A DNA stretch of 62,953 nt, counting the filler, from Circinaria calcarea (taxonomy: Eukaryota), in the NCBI GenBank assembly GCA_051942165.1. It is 23 parts of 23 records of this genome, joined end to end, with 100 filler letters (N's around TTAATTAATTAA, not from the genome) between each part and the next. Parts side by side here need not be neighbours in the genome. Positions count along the whole stretch, not along the records: positions 11,019 to 13,669 come from JAVECS010003360.1; positions 13,770 to 16,419 come from JAVECS010003361.1; positions 16,520 to 19,168 come from JAVECS010003362.1; positions 19,269 to 21,916 come from JAVECS010003363.1; positions 22,017 to 24,663 come from JAVECS010003364.1; positions 24,764 to 27,409 come from JAVECS010003365.1; 17 more parts are not named here. One strand, given 5' to 3'. Made by a program: the position numbers and the translations under genes. This document shows, piece by piece, positions 13,495 through 25,285 of the stretch; position 1 is the first letter of the stretch; each line of letters begins with the position of its first letter. Under the pieces are notes generated by a model. The model had not been told where the DNA came from, ran no database searches, and saw only the letters and a list, made by a program, of their open reading frames with translations.

Positions 13495-13770
13495 ACCCCC
13501 AAATTTTAGGGGATACCTCGAAGAACACACTACTATTAGGAGGGCTGTAGCCTAAGAACCCGGCCCGAGGTTAATAGGCTAAGTACACTATCGTTGTTTT
13601 TAGTGGATCTCTGTTGCTGTCGTATTATGTCGTTGTCGTAATGCTACTATCGTAATGCCACTATCGCAANNNNNNNNNNNNNNNNNNNNNNNNNNNNNNN
13701 NNNNNNNNNNNNNTTAATTAATTAANNNNNNNNNNNNNNNNNNNNNNNNNNNNNNNNNNNNNNNNNNNNA

Positions 13771-14769
13771 ACTACATCCCTGCCGTCCTCAGCTGCTCCA
13801 GCTACCCCAGCTGCTCCAGTAGTTGACAGGAGACGCGAACGAGGTAATGCAAGTGCCGCTGCGAGAATACTACAACGTGATCTTGGTATCGGGATAAATC
13901 CTGCTTCGAGAAGGAGACGCGAGGCACCTCCAAGTTTAGGCAACTCAACTCCGGCAAACGCACCGACTACTGTTCAGGAAAGTCCATCAGCAGCAGTTCG
14001 GGTATCCAAGGTTACCAATAATGCTGTCTCATCGGCAGTGCCAAACTCGTCTGCAACACCTTCCATGGCCGCTCCAAGTACACCTGATCTCAAATTAGCG
14101 TCACCCTCAATAAGTTCTCCTCCGCCAACGGGTCCAGCTGCGTCGCGGACCCCACCACGGGCTATTGCTTCACCTCTTATCCGTCCCTCACATACGCCCA
14201 CACCCGCAAAGTCTCCATCAATCTCGCCTACATCTACTCAGGCGTTCTTGAAGCATGCCAATCCGTCTCAAGGCGTCACTGAACAACTTCTACAAGAGGC
14301 CTTCGCTGGCTTCGGAAATATCAACAAGGTTGAAATCGACAAGAAGAAAGGTTTTGCATACATTGACTTCGCAGAACCTGGTGGTCTCCAGAACGCCGTC
14401 AAAGCCAGCCCAGTGAAGGTAGCCCAAGGTCACGTCGTGGTTTTGGAGAGGAAGACAGGCCCAACTCTTCAAGCGAGGAATAACAGAGGTGGTGGCGCGA
14501 TGGTGGGTGGTCGTGGCGGCAGCATGCCCATAAGCCCAAGGGGAGGAAGAGGCGGCTCCGTTCGGGGGAGAGGGAGGGGAAACCCGGTTCCGTCGACTAG
14601 CAGCACGAGTCAGCCTACTGCACCAGCAGCGGTATCGTCAACATCAAGCCCCAACCCAGTATCTTCGGCTTCGGGCATGGATACCAATGTCGCTGCAAGC
14701 TCTGCTGCCACTCTACCTCTTCTGCCAGCATCCGGCCCTGCAACTTCGTTCGAGCCGGCGAGTTCTTAG
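13771..14769 (+). CDS. UPF3: Nonsense-mediated decay protein Upf3, C-terminal part with RRM and RGG tail; 5' truncated
   Basis: RRRERGNASAAARILQRDLGI followed by TQAFLKHANPSQGVTEQLLQEAFAGFGNINKVEIDKKKGFAYIDFAEP is the C-terminal architecture of filamentous-ascomycete Upf3. Confidence 0.8.
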   Translation, partial: TTSLPSSAAPATPAAPVVDRRRERGNASAAARILQRDLGIGINPASRRRREAPPSLGNSTPANAPTTVQESPSAAVRVSKVTNNAVSSAVPNSSATPSMAAPSTPDLKLASPSISSPPPTGPAASRTPPRAIASPLIRPSHTPTPAKSPSISPTSTQAFLKHANPSQGVTEQLLQEAFAGFGNINKVEIDKKKGFAYIDFAEPGGLQNAVKASPVKVAQGHVVVLERKTGPTLQARNNRGGGAMVGGRGGSMPISPRGGRGGSVRGRGRGNPVPSTSSTSQPTAPAAVSSTSSPNPVSSASGMDTNVAASSAATLPLLPASGPATSFEPASS

Positions 14770-15982
14770 ATGCTCTTCATTTGAGGGATATTACTTGTAA
14801 AATATCTCCAGCTTAAGCCAGTGACAGGAAGGACAGTCGTGTACATGGCAGTGCGCCAGATGGTCCTACAAGTTCATCTGCATCGCCTCACCAAGGGCCC
14901 TTTCATGTCCATCGTTTGGTTGCGGTCGAAAGCTGAAACTCAGCTTTGCACGCAGCCCGGATTTGACCGGTAGCTTGAGCTAGATAGATAATATTCCGAT
15001 CCAAAACGACTCTCTCAGTGTAAAGGTGCAGATGCTTGTCAACTGAATGTAATCCTCTCAAGCCCGGTGTAGGCCGGTCAGGCTTGGTCAGGGCAACCGC
15101 AACGTTTTTCGAGGAAGCCATTCCTTCTGTTTTGTCGTAGACGCGAAATCCAACCAGATAAACTCTCTGCGCTATTTGTTGGCTTTGGAGTCATGTTTTA
15201 CCCTCGATGTGTCTCGTATCTCGTCCCTGAATCCCAGGGGGACCTTTTTTTGCCCCTATCTCATTCAAGCCTTTCTCGACGTAGTACTTTATGAGTGGTG
15301 CCGTTCTATAACCTATTAATTTCGTCATGCCCCATTTTTTGGGAGAGCAGTAGCAGTAAATGTGAGAGTTTCTTTGGCAATGATTTACTATACAAGGAAG
15401 ACAAGTGCCATGCTATCTACCATATGTAATCAAGTCTTAGAAATTTTTTCCAATTCGTTGGAAAATATAAATAAATGTTAGCTTTTCTATATGTACATGT
15501 ATAATCGCTGCGCTTGCAAATTATCAGGTACGCTGTTTCGAAACTTTATGCTACGTAGCCTGGAGAAATCCCCGTTTTGCTGAGGCTGAGGCTGGGGCTG
15601 AGGCTGGGGATTGGGGGTTCTTGGGAGTTCTTGGGTCGGTGGTGCGGTTTACAAGTAGAGATTTGGAGACGGGATATAAATGGTGGCGTTTCCTGGACCG
15701 TTCCTGTGTTTGTATTTGGGATTGGGGTCGTCGTCAGCGGGATGATGTCGGTAGAGGAGTGAGTTCTCTTCGCTTATGGGTTCCCCTAGACACTGTTGCC
15801 CCTTTTGAGGGAAAAGAAAGGCTACCTGTTTTGCTCGGTTCGAGTGGGGGTAGAGTGCCCTCACGGATGATGCAGTACGCGATCGAGTAGTAATAATATG
15901 AGCATTTCGGCTGGTGGGTATTAGAAACGTGCTTGCGACTACTACACGCTACCATGCGGAGAACCATCTATATGACACAAAT

Positions 15983-16419
15983 CTATAATCTAGCAAACTT
16001 TGCCCTCTTGCTGGACGGGTAAACGGGCGGGCGTGCGCCATCCGGGATCTCAAGCGCGCTCGTATAGTAGCTCTGACTCTGGAATTTGGACCACGTTGTT
16101 ACGATGGCGGGTAGTACGCTGCGTCCGTTGTACACCAGAGCGGTGTTGGGCACGGGAATGGGTACGTTCTTGTTCTTGCTGTTAAGGAGCCCCGGGTACG
16201 AGGACGAAAGCTGTACGGTGCTAAAGGGCGGATTAGTCCACTTGCGGACAATATCGCCCGTTTTGGCGGCGACGAAGCCGTAGACGTTTGCGCCTACATC
16301 CCAGCGGCCGAGGGTGTGGAGACCCCAGTTGGCTTCGACGGTGGCGATTTGCGAGTAATGGTCGTAGAAGTTGCTGTCGGTTGTTCCGACCAGGGTGGCG
16401 GGAATAGCGTCGCCCAGGA
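15983..16419 (-). CDS. Phosphoesterase-family (phosphate-repressible) acid phosphatase, C-terminal part; missed by the ORF track
   Basis: Manual translation gives LGDAIPATLVGTTDSNFYDHYSQIATVEANWGLHTLGRWDVGANVY...SYPGLLNS...VPNTAL...RAKFARL*. The YxHYSxIATVExNWxLxTLGRWD motif is characteristic of this family. Confidence 0.88.
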
Positions 16420-16953
16420 NNNNNNNNNNNNNNNNNNNNNNNNNNNNNNNNNNNNNNNNNNNNTTAATTAATTAANNNNNNNNNNNNNNNNNNNNNNNNN
16501 NNNNNNNNNNNNNNNNNNNCCCCCCCCCCCAAAAAAATCCTCGGAACTGAATAGGATGATTTCGCAATGTCGATTAAAAACATGCCAAAGGAAAAAAGCA
16601 CAGCCCAGTTTAAGTCATCCACGCTGCGCGAAAAGAGAAAACAAGTCCCGATGGGGGGAGAAAAAGTACTTCCTTTCCGTGGCGTGAGACAGCAATGTGG
16701 AACGAGAGAGAGAGCTGGAAATCTGATAACGGAGACAGGGGGGGGGGGAATGTCTAGAACTAAGAGATGGTTATTTTTTTTGGGCGTGAGGTTGAAAGCC
16801 CCTCCCACACTCTCCCTCTCCCTCTCCGTCTCCATCTCCGAATGAATCCCCAAGTTCTTGATAGAAGGCCCTTGGAATATCAATTCCGAAAAAACCCCCC
16901 CCAATAATCAGTGCGCTAGGTCTTTGGCGCGAACTGGGAATCGATCATAGGGG

Positions 16954-17219
16954 CAGCGCTGCCAGTAGTCCCCAAAAGTCCAGTCCGGGCCTTGGAATCT
17001 GACCGTCTTGGCGGTCCAGAAGGTGGACCGCGGCTGGGAGTCCAGTCCAGTCACCCCAGACTGCCAGTACAGTCCGCACAATCAGTCTGTTCAGTAAATA
17101 TATGGAGAGTTGATAGCCTCGGTAATCAACACCGAGGTATAAAAGGGGCGAAAGCGGAATGGCATCAGCCGTATGAGAATGTAGAATTGGGCTGGACTGC
17201 CAGACTACTGGCGGCGCTG
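16954..17219. mobile_element. 266-bp MITE-like element with 17-bp TIRs and 9-bp target-site duplication
   Basis: CAGCGCTGCCAGTAGTC (16954-16970) matches the reverse complement of 17203-17219 at 16/17. Flanks are TCATAGGGG (16945-16953) and TCACAGGGG (17220-17228). CAGTC(C) subterminal motifs are repeated. Confidence 0.75.
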
Positions 17220-18012
17220 TCACAGGGGAAATTTTCAGCTACCGTCTCCATCGAATTCAACACCGGCGGGAAAAAAAAATCTCGTTGAGATTATGGTAAG
17301 GAGGAAGACGCCTAGCAATGGGGACAACCAATCTAGCGTATGGAACAGCCGGGCTCGTATGACGGGTACTGCTTACTAAGTACTGGTAAAGAAAGATATT
17401 TGGTTTTCTCGTGATCATGCTTAACAAGTAGAAGATCATATGTTTTCCCAGCAGCGATATTGCGATGAACGACAAGTTCACTTCGTGATACGATGTGACA
17501 AAGATCTCAGATGGTCACGCCCAGCACAGCTGAAAAGTTCTAGGACTGCAAGCAGAACACATGCCTCCCAAAAACCCAGCTTTGTATTATCCAGACCTAC
17601 AGCAACTTATGTTCCTGAAGTCTGTTGATATAAAATACAATTGAAGATGTATACTTCTATAAATATCATTATATTTCTCTTCGATCTGTTTCACCAAGGG
17701 GCGGCGCTTTGCGGTAAAGGACGAGCAAACAATGTTGCAAAGGAGGAACAGATGGGTAAAGAGGAAAACAAACGTACTCATGCAATAAATCAAAGAGGGT
17801 ATCAAACTCGCACCACGCTAATTACTGCTCCAGCAAAGAGGAAAATGTAACACACATGTTTCGTCTAGCCACCGAATCAGCCCTCCCAGCACTAGTAAAA
17901 TCTCCCTGACTCAAGTATCTCATCAAAGATAATAAATGTTAAGATGTACAGTGTTCCATAGATGAGTTTTCATAAAGTGATACCTGTTTCCTAGTCACTT
18001 GACCTTCCTTGG

Positions 18013-19168
18013 TTAGTTTGCTTCGATCCTCACGCACTCCGCCAATTCCGGGTGAGCTTGTGCAAAAGCGGGACCCAAGCTCCAATTATTCAGCTTTCGT
18101 AGATGTTGCTCAAACAGAGGGTTGATCGACATTTCATCAGACGCCGGGTCGGATAAGATAGTATCATTGTCGTCGTAAGGCCAGTTGATGGACAGGCTTG
18201 TCGTATAGGGTATAAACCAGTCATCGAATGGGTAGCTGCGGTAGTTGGCCACCATCATGTCACGTACACGCGGCCACGGTAGATAATCCAACCAAGCAGA
18301 ATGCGGAGTTGAGAATTGCAAAGGGGTCGGCCTCATCCATTCCGGAAGGCGGTCGTAATTTTCCCGCGTTGGAGCTACTTGCCAACGCAAGACAACATGC
18401 ATCGCATAAAGTGAAGCAACCTGTTCTGGTAGGGAGGAAAGCTCGGGGAATTTACTATGGATGTCAATTAATATCCTCGAGACCGGATGAGAGTATGGGA
18501 TGCGCTCTGGGCGAAGCAGACAAGATACGTCGAGATCAGCAGGTCCGGCTAACTCACATATCGGAACGCCCTCAGAGGCTCGCAATTTCCTCTCTGCAAC
18601 GAACCCCAAGAGGAGATCGTCTAGAGGGCAGGTTGGAGGTACATTATTGATCATTGCCGGATTTGGTGGCAGTGATACATCGTTGAGGATAGACGTCCTG
18701 TAAGCCTGGGTTGATGCCTGGGGATGCGACGTGGTGAGTGTAATATGAGAATCCGCGGGAAGTGGCGGTCCTCGCCGTCTGTACTCTGGCGCTTGTCCGA
18801 TAACCGGCAGCTCTTGGCCTTCATTTCCAAAGAAGCCAAAATCCGCCCTTACTGCAATTGGGCCCGGGTTTGGTTCGTGTCCAGATATATCCCTTTGCCG
18901 CTCGACGGGGTTATGAGACACAAAGGCGTAGTAGGTATTTGAGGGCCCGAGGGACGTAATCGGATCTATTGCTGCTTGCCACGAAGACTGTAGAGGAATT
19001 ATAGGCATGGAAGGGGGTGATGAATGACCGTGTGTCGGATATGTTTTAGAATAGGATAAGCTGGAACTCGAAGTGAAGCTGCCATCATGTGGGGTATTCT
19101 CGGTCCTTGGACTCGGGAATGAGCTTGGGATTGGCACATTTGAATAGGGGGAAGTAGTGAGGTCTGGT
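18013..19168 (-). CDS. DUF3425-domain (bZIP-associated) transcription factor, C-terminal part
   Basis: CPLDDLLLGF...LRWQVAPTRENYDRLPEWMRPTPLQFSTPHSAWLDYLPWPRVRD...SINWPY...NPLFEQHLRKLNNWSLGPAF is the DUF3425 signature. Confidence 0.88.
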
Positions 19169-19509
19169 NNNNNNNNNNNNNNNNNNNNNNNNNNNNNNNN
19201 NNNNNNNNNNNNTTAATTAATTAANNNNNNNNNNNNNNNNNNNNNNNNNNNNNNNNNNNNNNNNNNNNACAGCTACACCCCTATTTCTCGTGCTGACATG
19301 ATAAGTCGAAGCAGGCACCGCGCTTACAACTCTTCAATAAGCGGGATGTACAAGAGCGGAAGCATATACCGCAATGGTATTAAAATCTTAAGCCTTCATA
19401 CAGACGATCAGAGATCTTGAGGGAACGCCAAACCATGTTTAAAGGCTTTGCAACATGACATTCACTCCGATTATTCTACTGGTACAACGTCAAAGCGAGG
19501 GCAAAGTAG

Positions 19510-19995
19510 ACTTGCATTGAATACAATGAAAGGTGCATAGTATGCGGCATCGATGCGGACGCTGATCACGCCGCAGAGCACGAGAGTGATCAGGTACTGT
19601 GTGATTGGCCCGGTCGTATAGAGTTCTTCCTATCCCAGGCCATCATGGAGAAGCATGTCGAAGAAGTCCACGTTTCTCACCGAGTGCAATGTCCAAGCAC
19701 TGGGTGCCGTTACTACTGCAGAAACGCAGAGGGAGTGACTAAGCACATCGCTAAATGCTATCCATATTCTACCCTACCTAGCCAATACCCTATCGATCCA
19801 TTGGCACTTAATGACGTTCGGGAACTAAGAGAAACAGCTTTAGTTGTCAGATGCAAAACATATGGCGACCTTGGCAGGTGGCGACTATACGATATAAAAG
19901 CAAAGGGTACAGCTTGCACTTATTTCAGAAAAAAGTGTTATACCCGCAAAGCCGAGATGACCACAATAAACACAGTACGTCCGATCTATGGGTAA
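19510..19995 (+). pseudogene. Degenerate C2H2 zinc-finger array fragment
   Basis: One frame gives CIVC...HAAEH, CDWPGR...HVEEVH (second Cys lost) and CPSTGC...HIAKC. An in-frame TAG lies immediately upstream (19507-19509), and downstream frames are stop-interrupted. Confidence 0.45.
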
Positions 19996-21025
19996 ATCGA
20001 AATAATATATCGGGGTCGGCAAGCGGAAGAATGGCTGTCGGCACATAATAAAAAAAACCCGTAGGGCTACTAAATCTTGTTCTTACACACGCCAAGCGGA
20101 CCACTTTTTGATAAGTTTGTCGCGAACATTATATTAAATACACATGTATCGCATATCTGCCATTGGCCTTCGTGTCTCACACTATCTGACCTCGAATTTG
20201 TTCTGCCATACTATAACAACGACCGTACTCAATGCAAATAATGAGAGGAGATACACTTGTGGTTGTTCGGCGGAAGACTCGATACACCGTGAAAGGCCAT
20301 GTTTTGGCCCCGAGAGAATCGTGGGCCCTGCCTTTCAATCCTTACCGGGGGGGGAAATTATTTTCCCTCATTATTGAAGGCAATCAGTGGACGGTGGAAA
20401 ACACAATCGAACCACCGGAAAAACCTCAGTACCACTTGAGCGATTCCTCCGGAAATCAGATAAAGAAGATACATCTTATTTGACGAAAGATACGCTACAC
20501 TAACCGGAACAGTGGATGTCCGCAAGCTCGCTCAGCTTGCGCAGGATCAAATTGATGACTATAGAAAGCGACTGGCGGACAAGACAAAGGAATAGAAAAG
20601 TAAGGTATTGAAGCTCGTGCGGAATCGGTTAACGTGGGAGAAGGAAATTGTCCTCGCTGAATAGTGTCAAGATCTAAGAAAAGCTTTGTTCCCTGAAGGT
20701 ATATTTTTCAGAATCGCCGCCGAGGTCGCCGCCATTGACGCGGAGAAAGCGGCTCCATTCGTCCTCGCAAGAGACTACTCCAGCTATACCGGTGGGTAAA
20801 CAGCAAATAATAAATTCCAACTGTTATTGGCTGTCTTTTACAGATCGGTGGCAGATTATCACGGGTCAAGAAGAAAGCATGACTTCGCCAGGATTACCAC
20901 TGCCTACTTATATAGTATTTAAGTAGGAAGAGCGCATAACAAATAAGTAACCTTTTAACACTCCACATACTCCACACTAACAAGTACGGATATAATTTCA
21001 ATGAACTATAATTTTTTAAAATGAT

Positions 21026-21133
21026 TGTTCAAGCAGATCGAACCGTGTATTCGTGTATATTTTAATTCCTGGTCCGTGCCATCCTATGATAACTAACGTA
21101 TTTAATTAACGCAGGGTTCGGTCTGCTTGAGCA
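21026..21133. repeat. Short inverted-repeat element, copy 1 (arm TGCTCAAGCAGACCGAACC)
   Basis: TGTTCAAGCAGATCGAACC (21026-21044) pairs with 21115-21133 at 17/19. The same arm occurs at 36926 on another contig. Confidence 0.75.
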
Positions 21134-21300
21134 GCGGTTTAAGAGTAAAGCTGTGAATTTTTCCAAGCTGTCGTTGCTACTAGTGAGTGCCGAACTGTCC
21201 TCTAGGGACACAACCTCGAACACCTTTTCAGATATTACCTACCAATGACTCCGACTATTAAAAATCGAGCCAATTACGTGCCTTGATAGATTTCAGTAAA

Positions 21301-21330
21301 ATCACATCACATCACATCACATCACATCAC
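21301..21330. repeat. (ATCAC)6 microsatellite
   Basis: Six perfect tandem ATCAC units. Confidence 0.9.
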
Positions 21331-24300
21331 ACCACACTATCAACCGATCATGCAAGACCGATGGGCCCACCCGAAATTTCGGAGGAAAGCTGCCCTGAGC
21401 GATTGAGCCTGCCGTTCGGTTATCATAGCTGTCACCTAGGCCGGCGCCTCGAGACCGATTTTGATTGGCTCTCCTCATTCCTGATCTTGCATCCATTAAG
21501 AACGCTTCACGCTTGATTATGCTTAAGTGTGGGAGCTCCAACGAATGAGCGGGTTCCAACCACTCGTGCGGTGTGCGATGGATGGATCCGACCTGGTCTT
21601 TGTATCTTTACTCGACACTCAAACGTACCAGCATCTCCCGGACCTTGCGTGCTGTCCCCAATACCTGTGTCCAATGCTACGGTGCTGGTCAGGATCTCTG
21701 CCGAATCATGCCCTTCGCACGGGCAGAAAACAGCAAAGACATCGTCTAGGCCGCTGAGAGCACGCCACGACCGCCGAATCTCTCATGGAGGGCTTGACAA
21801 GACCTTCCCAAGGTAAGGAGCCATGCACAGCAGCGCTTGATCCATGTTTCTTGCTTGCGCATTAGTGACAGCCACTACAGAACTTAATTGCTGCCACCAG
21901 GAACATACCGTCCAAGNNNNNNNNNNNNNNNNNNNNNNNNNNNNNNNNNNNNNNNNNNNNTTAATTAATTAANNNNNNNNNNNNNNNNNNNNNNNNNNNN
22001 NNNNNNNNNNNNNNNNATGTTTGAAGCTTCTTGTCGTCTGACCCCGAGCTCTTGTGGACTTTTTTCATCTTTCGCCGGGGTGTTCCCTTCCCCCTAAAAA
22101 TTCAGAGTATATCAGCCTTTGAACCCGAATAGAAAGGTCTTCCACCGGATAGTAGCACGGCTGCCGCGAGCTGGATGTGTGAGCTCAAGTTTGGCCGTCG
22201 GTTGCTTACCCTGTAATGGCATGGCGTTAGTCAGGTCGAAAGAAGACGGGATCGACAGATTCAACGATAGGGCGCGCAATAAAGGAGTTAAGCTTAAGCC
22301 GACATACCAATTCGTACAGACTGCTGCATCTTTGCCAGCTTCGCTTGATCCATGATTACAGTCCTGACCGAGATGTTCAACTCTCGACGAGGTTTGTTGA
22401 TAGCTACTCGAAGACGGCGGTGGAGCTGAGGAGTCGGCAAATAAGATTAGCCGAGCTCTGGTAAAACCCCCTCCAAGGCAGCACACAAACACACCGTGTG
22501 CTAGGAGTAGGGCAGTACCGTTCAAGGCTTTATTAGTCGTGAGGACCAGATCTTCGCCTTGAGTTCGGGTTTTTGCTTGAGGGCGGTGATGGTTCTGGAG
22601 AAGATCGCAAGCGAGATGATCATAGTCTGTCCTGAAGAGGTTAGAGCCAAGGGAGACAGACTTCCACCACTGTTCGCGACAAACAAGTCGTTATTCATTC
22701 CTATTTGCCAAGTAAACATATACCCGCTACTGATAGCTGGGTCTCGGTATAACTGAAGCACTCCTCCTACAGGCTGACCGTCGGGGTCCTTGCACATTTC
22801 CTCCACAAACAGCAGTTGTTGAGAGTTTTGGTGCCACCCCCACCGGATTCTCCTCTCCGTAGCAATGTGTCCGGTATCTACGTGTGTCAAGCGTCGATTG
22901 TTCACTTCCGGTACAATCGCTTTCTCAATGCAGCTGATCCTCAACTTTTAGTCGCTCCAGCGCCACCCATCACTGTACACCGGTCACCTGCATGGAGTAG
23001 AGTCTAGTAGGAGAGGGTCATCCACTGAATTAAAGACCGAAGAAGACTCTACCTCCTATGACCGGCCCGAGTCGGGCCGGGCTCGCCATGAGGACCACCC
23101 TCAGCTGCACTCTCGAAAAGTTTTCTTCCTGGAAACTCATCGATACCTTTGTATTCGTAGTCAAGGAGGACCTTACTCCTGAATGCTGTATCGACTTCAC
23201 AGGGGAGTTATCGTTCCCGGGTTGTTCTCGATTGGTACACTATTTGAATCTGTTTCGATGGTGTCCTACCTGCTCTAAGGCCACTATTACAAGAACCGTA
23301 ACTTGTCCGTGGTTGCAGAGAAGCTCGGATTGCTTACCAGACCTTACTTTGAATGTCATGGGTAGGAAATCTCCCTTGCATGAATCCAGCTGACTGATCG
23401 ATATGATTCTACTTGTCCTATCGATGCATTTCCACTTCCTTCAAAGTCTCCGTATGCTGTTGTGAGCTTCTTTACGTCGAAATGATAATAGGAATATAGC
23501 CGTTTTCTGCCTTGGAGTTGCACTGGCCCAGCCACATAATGCCGCGCTGATAGCTCGAATCGACACCAATAGACTTCGTGATCCATAAGGGAAATAATTG
23601 AGTCAAAGGTACCTGCCACCTCATGAGCTTGAAGATATTTGATCAATAAGTTGTTATTAAGGAAGCTTTGGTCTTATGTACAATCCTTCAGATATATTTC
23701 GGTTCTTGCCTCCATCCTCTTCATCGTGCTCGTCACTGTTTAATCATCATATCCAGGAACGATGCTATCACTCATAGCACGGTCAATGTCTTGGTATGCC
23801 TGAGCTTTCATTCTAGCTAGCACACCATGTCTCAATCCGAAAGATTATGATTTGGATGCGTTCATGTCGATAGCAACAACAATCCCGTAACCTCTTTTTG
23901 CTGTTGGAATAACAGCGGCAGTACACCCTCCATCGCGTTGCCTCAAAAACCTAGTCCTGACATTTTATGTTTATACCAGAGCATTAGCACTATGTCTGGC
24001 TGCCTCGTCAGTAAACCAGAGGTGACGTTCGACCCTGACCCTATGCCTTACTAAATGCTGTTGACGGGAACCAAGAATTAAGAATAAAATATGAGGAACG
24101 AGCCTCGTACGTTGTAGGAGGCGGGCCGGATGTAATGATGAGGTAGAATTCTATTTCGTGCTGTGTCGTGAGTGGTTTGTTTCGATATCACAACCAAAGT
24201 GACAGTTCCTAGATATAACTTGTGGTAAGGACCAAAGCTTAGGATTGAGCTCTTATATTTTATGTGTAAAATGTGTCACTACTTGGCAGTAAAAGGCATC

Positions 24301-24446
24301 AGTTTAGAGAAGCGAGGCTAAAAAACCTTAACTTTAACAAAGATACCATATAACATATCGAAGAGATACTAACTAGATGGCGTAATGGTTCCTTTTATCC
24401 TCAGAACACCCTGATGCTCGCTTATACAATCCGCCTTCAGCGGAGA

Positions 24447-24662
24447 TCAAAAGTCTTCCGGGCAATATCCACCCATACTTTCGACTAAAGCCTTTTGGAC
24501 ACCGGCAGCAGCCCGCCCGACCTCACCTCCCTCGCGACGTGCTCCATCCAATCCCTTCTCAACAGCCTTTTGGAACCTATTATAGAAAATCTGTTGCCTG
24601 CCTTCGCGATCCTCATACATCTCGCTCTCCTCGTCCCGCCGGGGCCCGAACAGATTGAGATG
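24447..24662 (-). CDS. C-terminal fragment of an unidentified protein
   Basis: Open from the contig edge: HLNLFGPRRDEESEMYEDREGRQQIFYNRFQKAVEKGLDGARREGG...ALVESMGGYCPEDF*. Composition is protein-like but the family is not recognised. Confidence 0.45.
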   Translation of the reverse strand, partial: HLNLFGPRRDEESEMYEDREGRQQIFYNRFQKAVEKGLDGARREGGEVGRAAAGVQKALVESMGGYCPEDF

Positions 24663-25285
24663 TNNNNNNNNNNNNNNNNNNNNNNNNNNNNNNNNNNNNN
24701 NNNNNNNTTAATTAATTAANNNNNNNNNNNNNNNNNNNNNNNNNNNNNNNNNNNNNNNNNNNNGTGGACATTCCGAGTTAGGTACGAAGGCATGAGTCAA
24801 TCAGAAGTTTTCCCTAGACACCGAACCTACAGTCATGAGTAGCGTCCTCGTAAGCTTGGTGGCCTCATTCATCCCCGATACGTGTCCGGTGATGGTACGC
24901 CAACCCATCCGCAAAGACGCATGCTCCCTCTTATGCTAAAGAGAGGTGGGTCGAGGATATCTTAGGCCTAGTGTATTGACGTTGAATGGGTCCCTTCTTC
25001 CTCGACCGTGTAAAAACTTTCATGTACATCCATGTAACAACGTTGGTAGAGGCTTGCCGTTACAGTTATCGAGTAAACTCCCGTAGGGCGGTGAGAACAG
25101 TCCTGCTATTGGCGCATAATTCCGCCCGGCCTATTGCAAACGCGGCGATCCCTGCTTCCGTTTCTTTGGCCACATGTTAGTTACATGAAGCATAAGAAGA
25201 GCGTGGCTTCATCAGTAGCGTCCTACAAATCCAAATAGACCAGTACTTGAATAACGACTTCACACTCTACGGAACCACTCCGACC

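Noticed and set aside
16520..16905. G/C/A homopolymer-rich tracts (also near 400-860, 27250-27409, 31480-31700 and 46693-47400) as G-quadruplex or regulatory elements
   Set aside because: They lie mostly near contig ends and look like low-quality read tails with inflated homopolymers, so they are not trustworthy.
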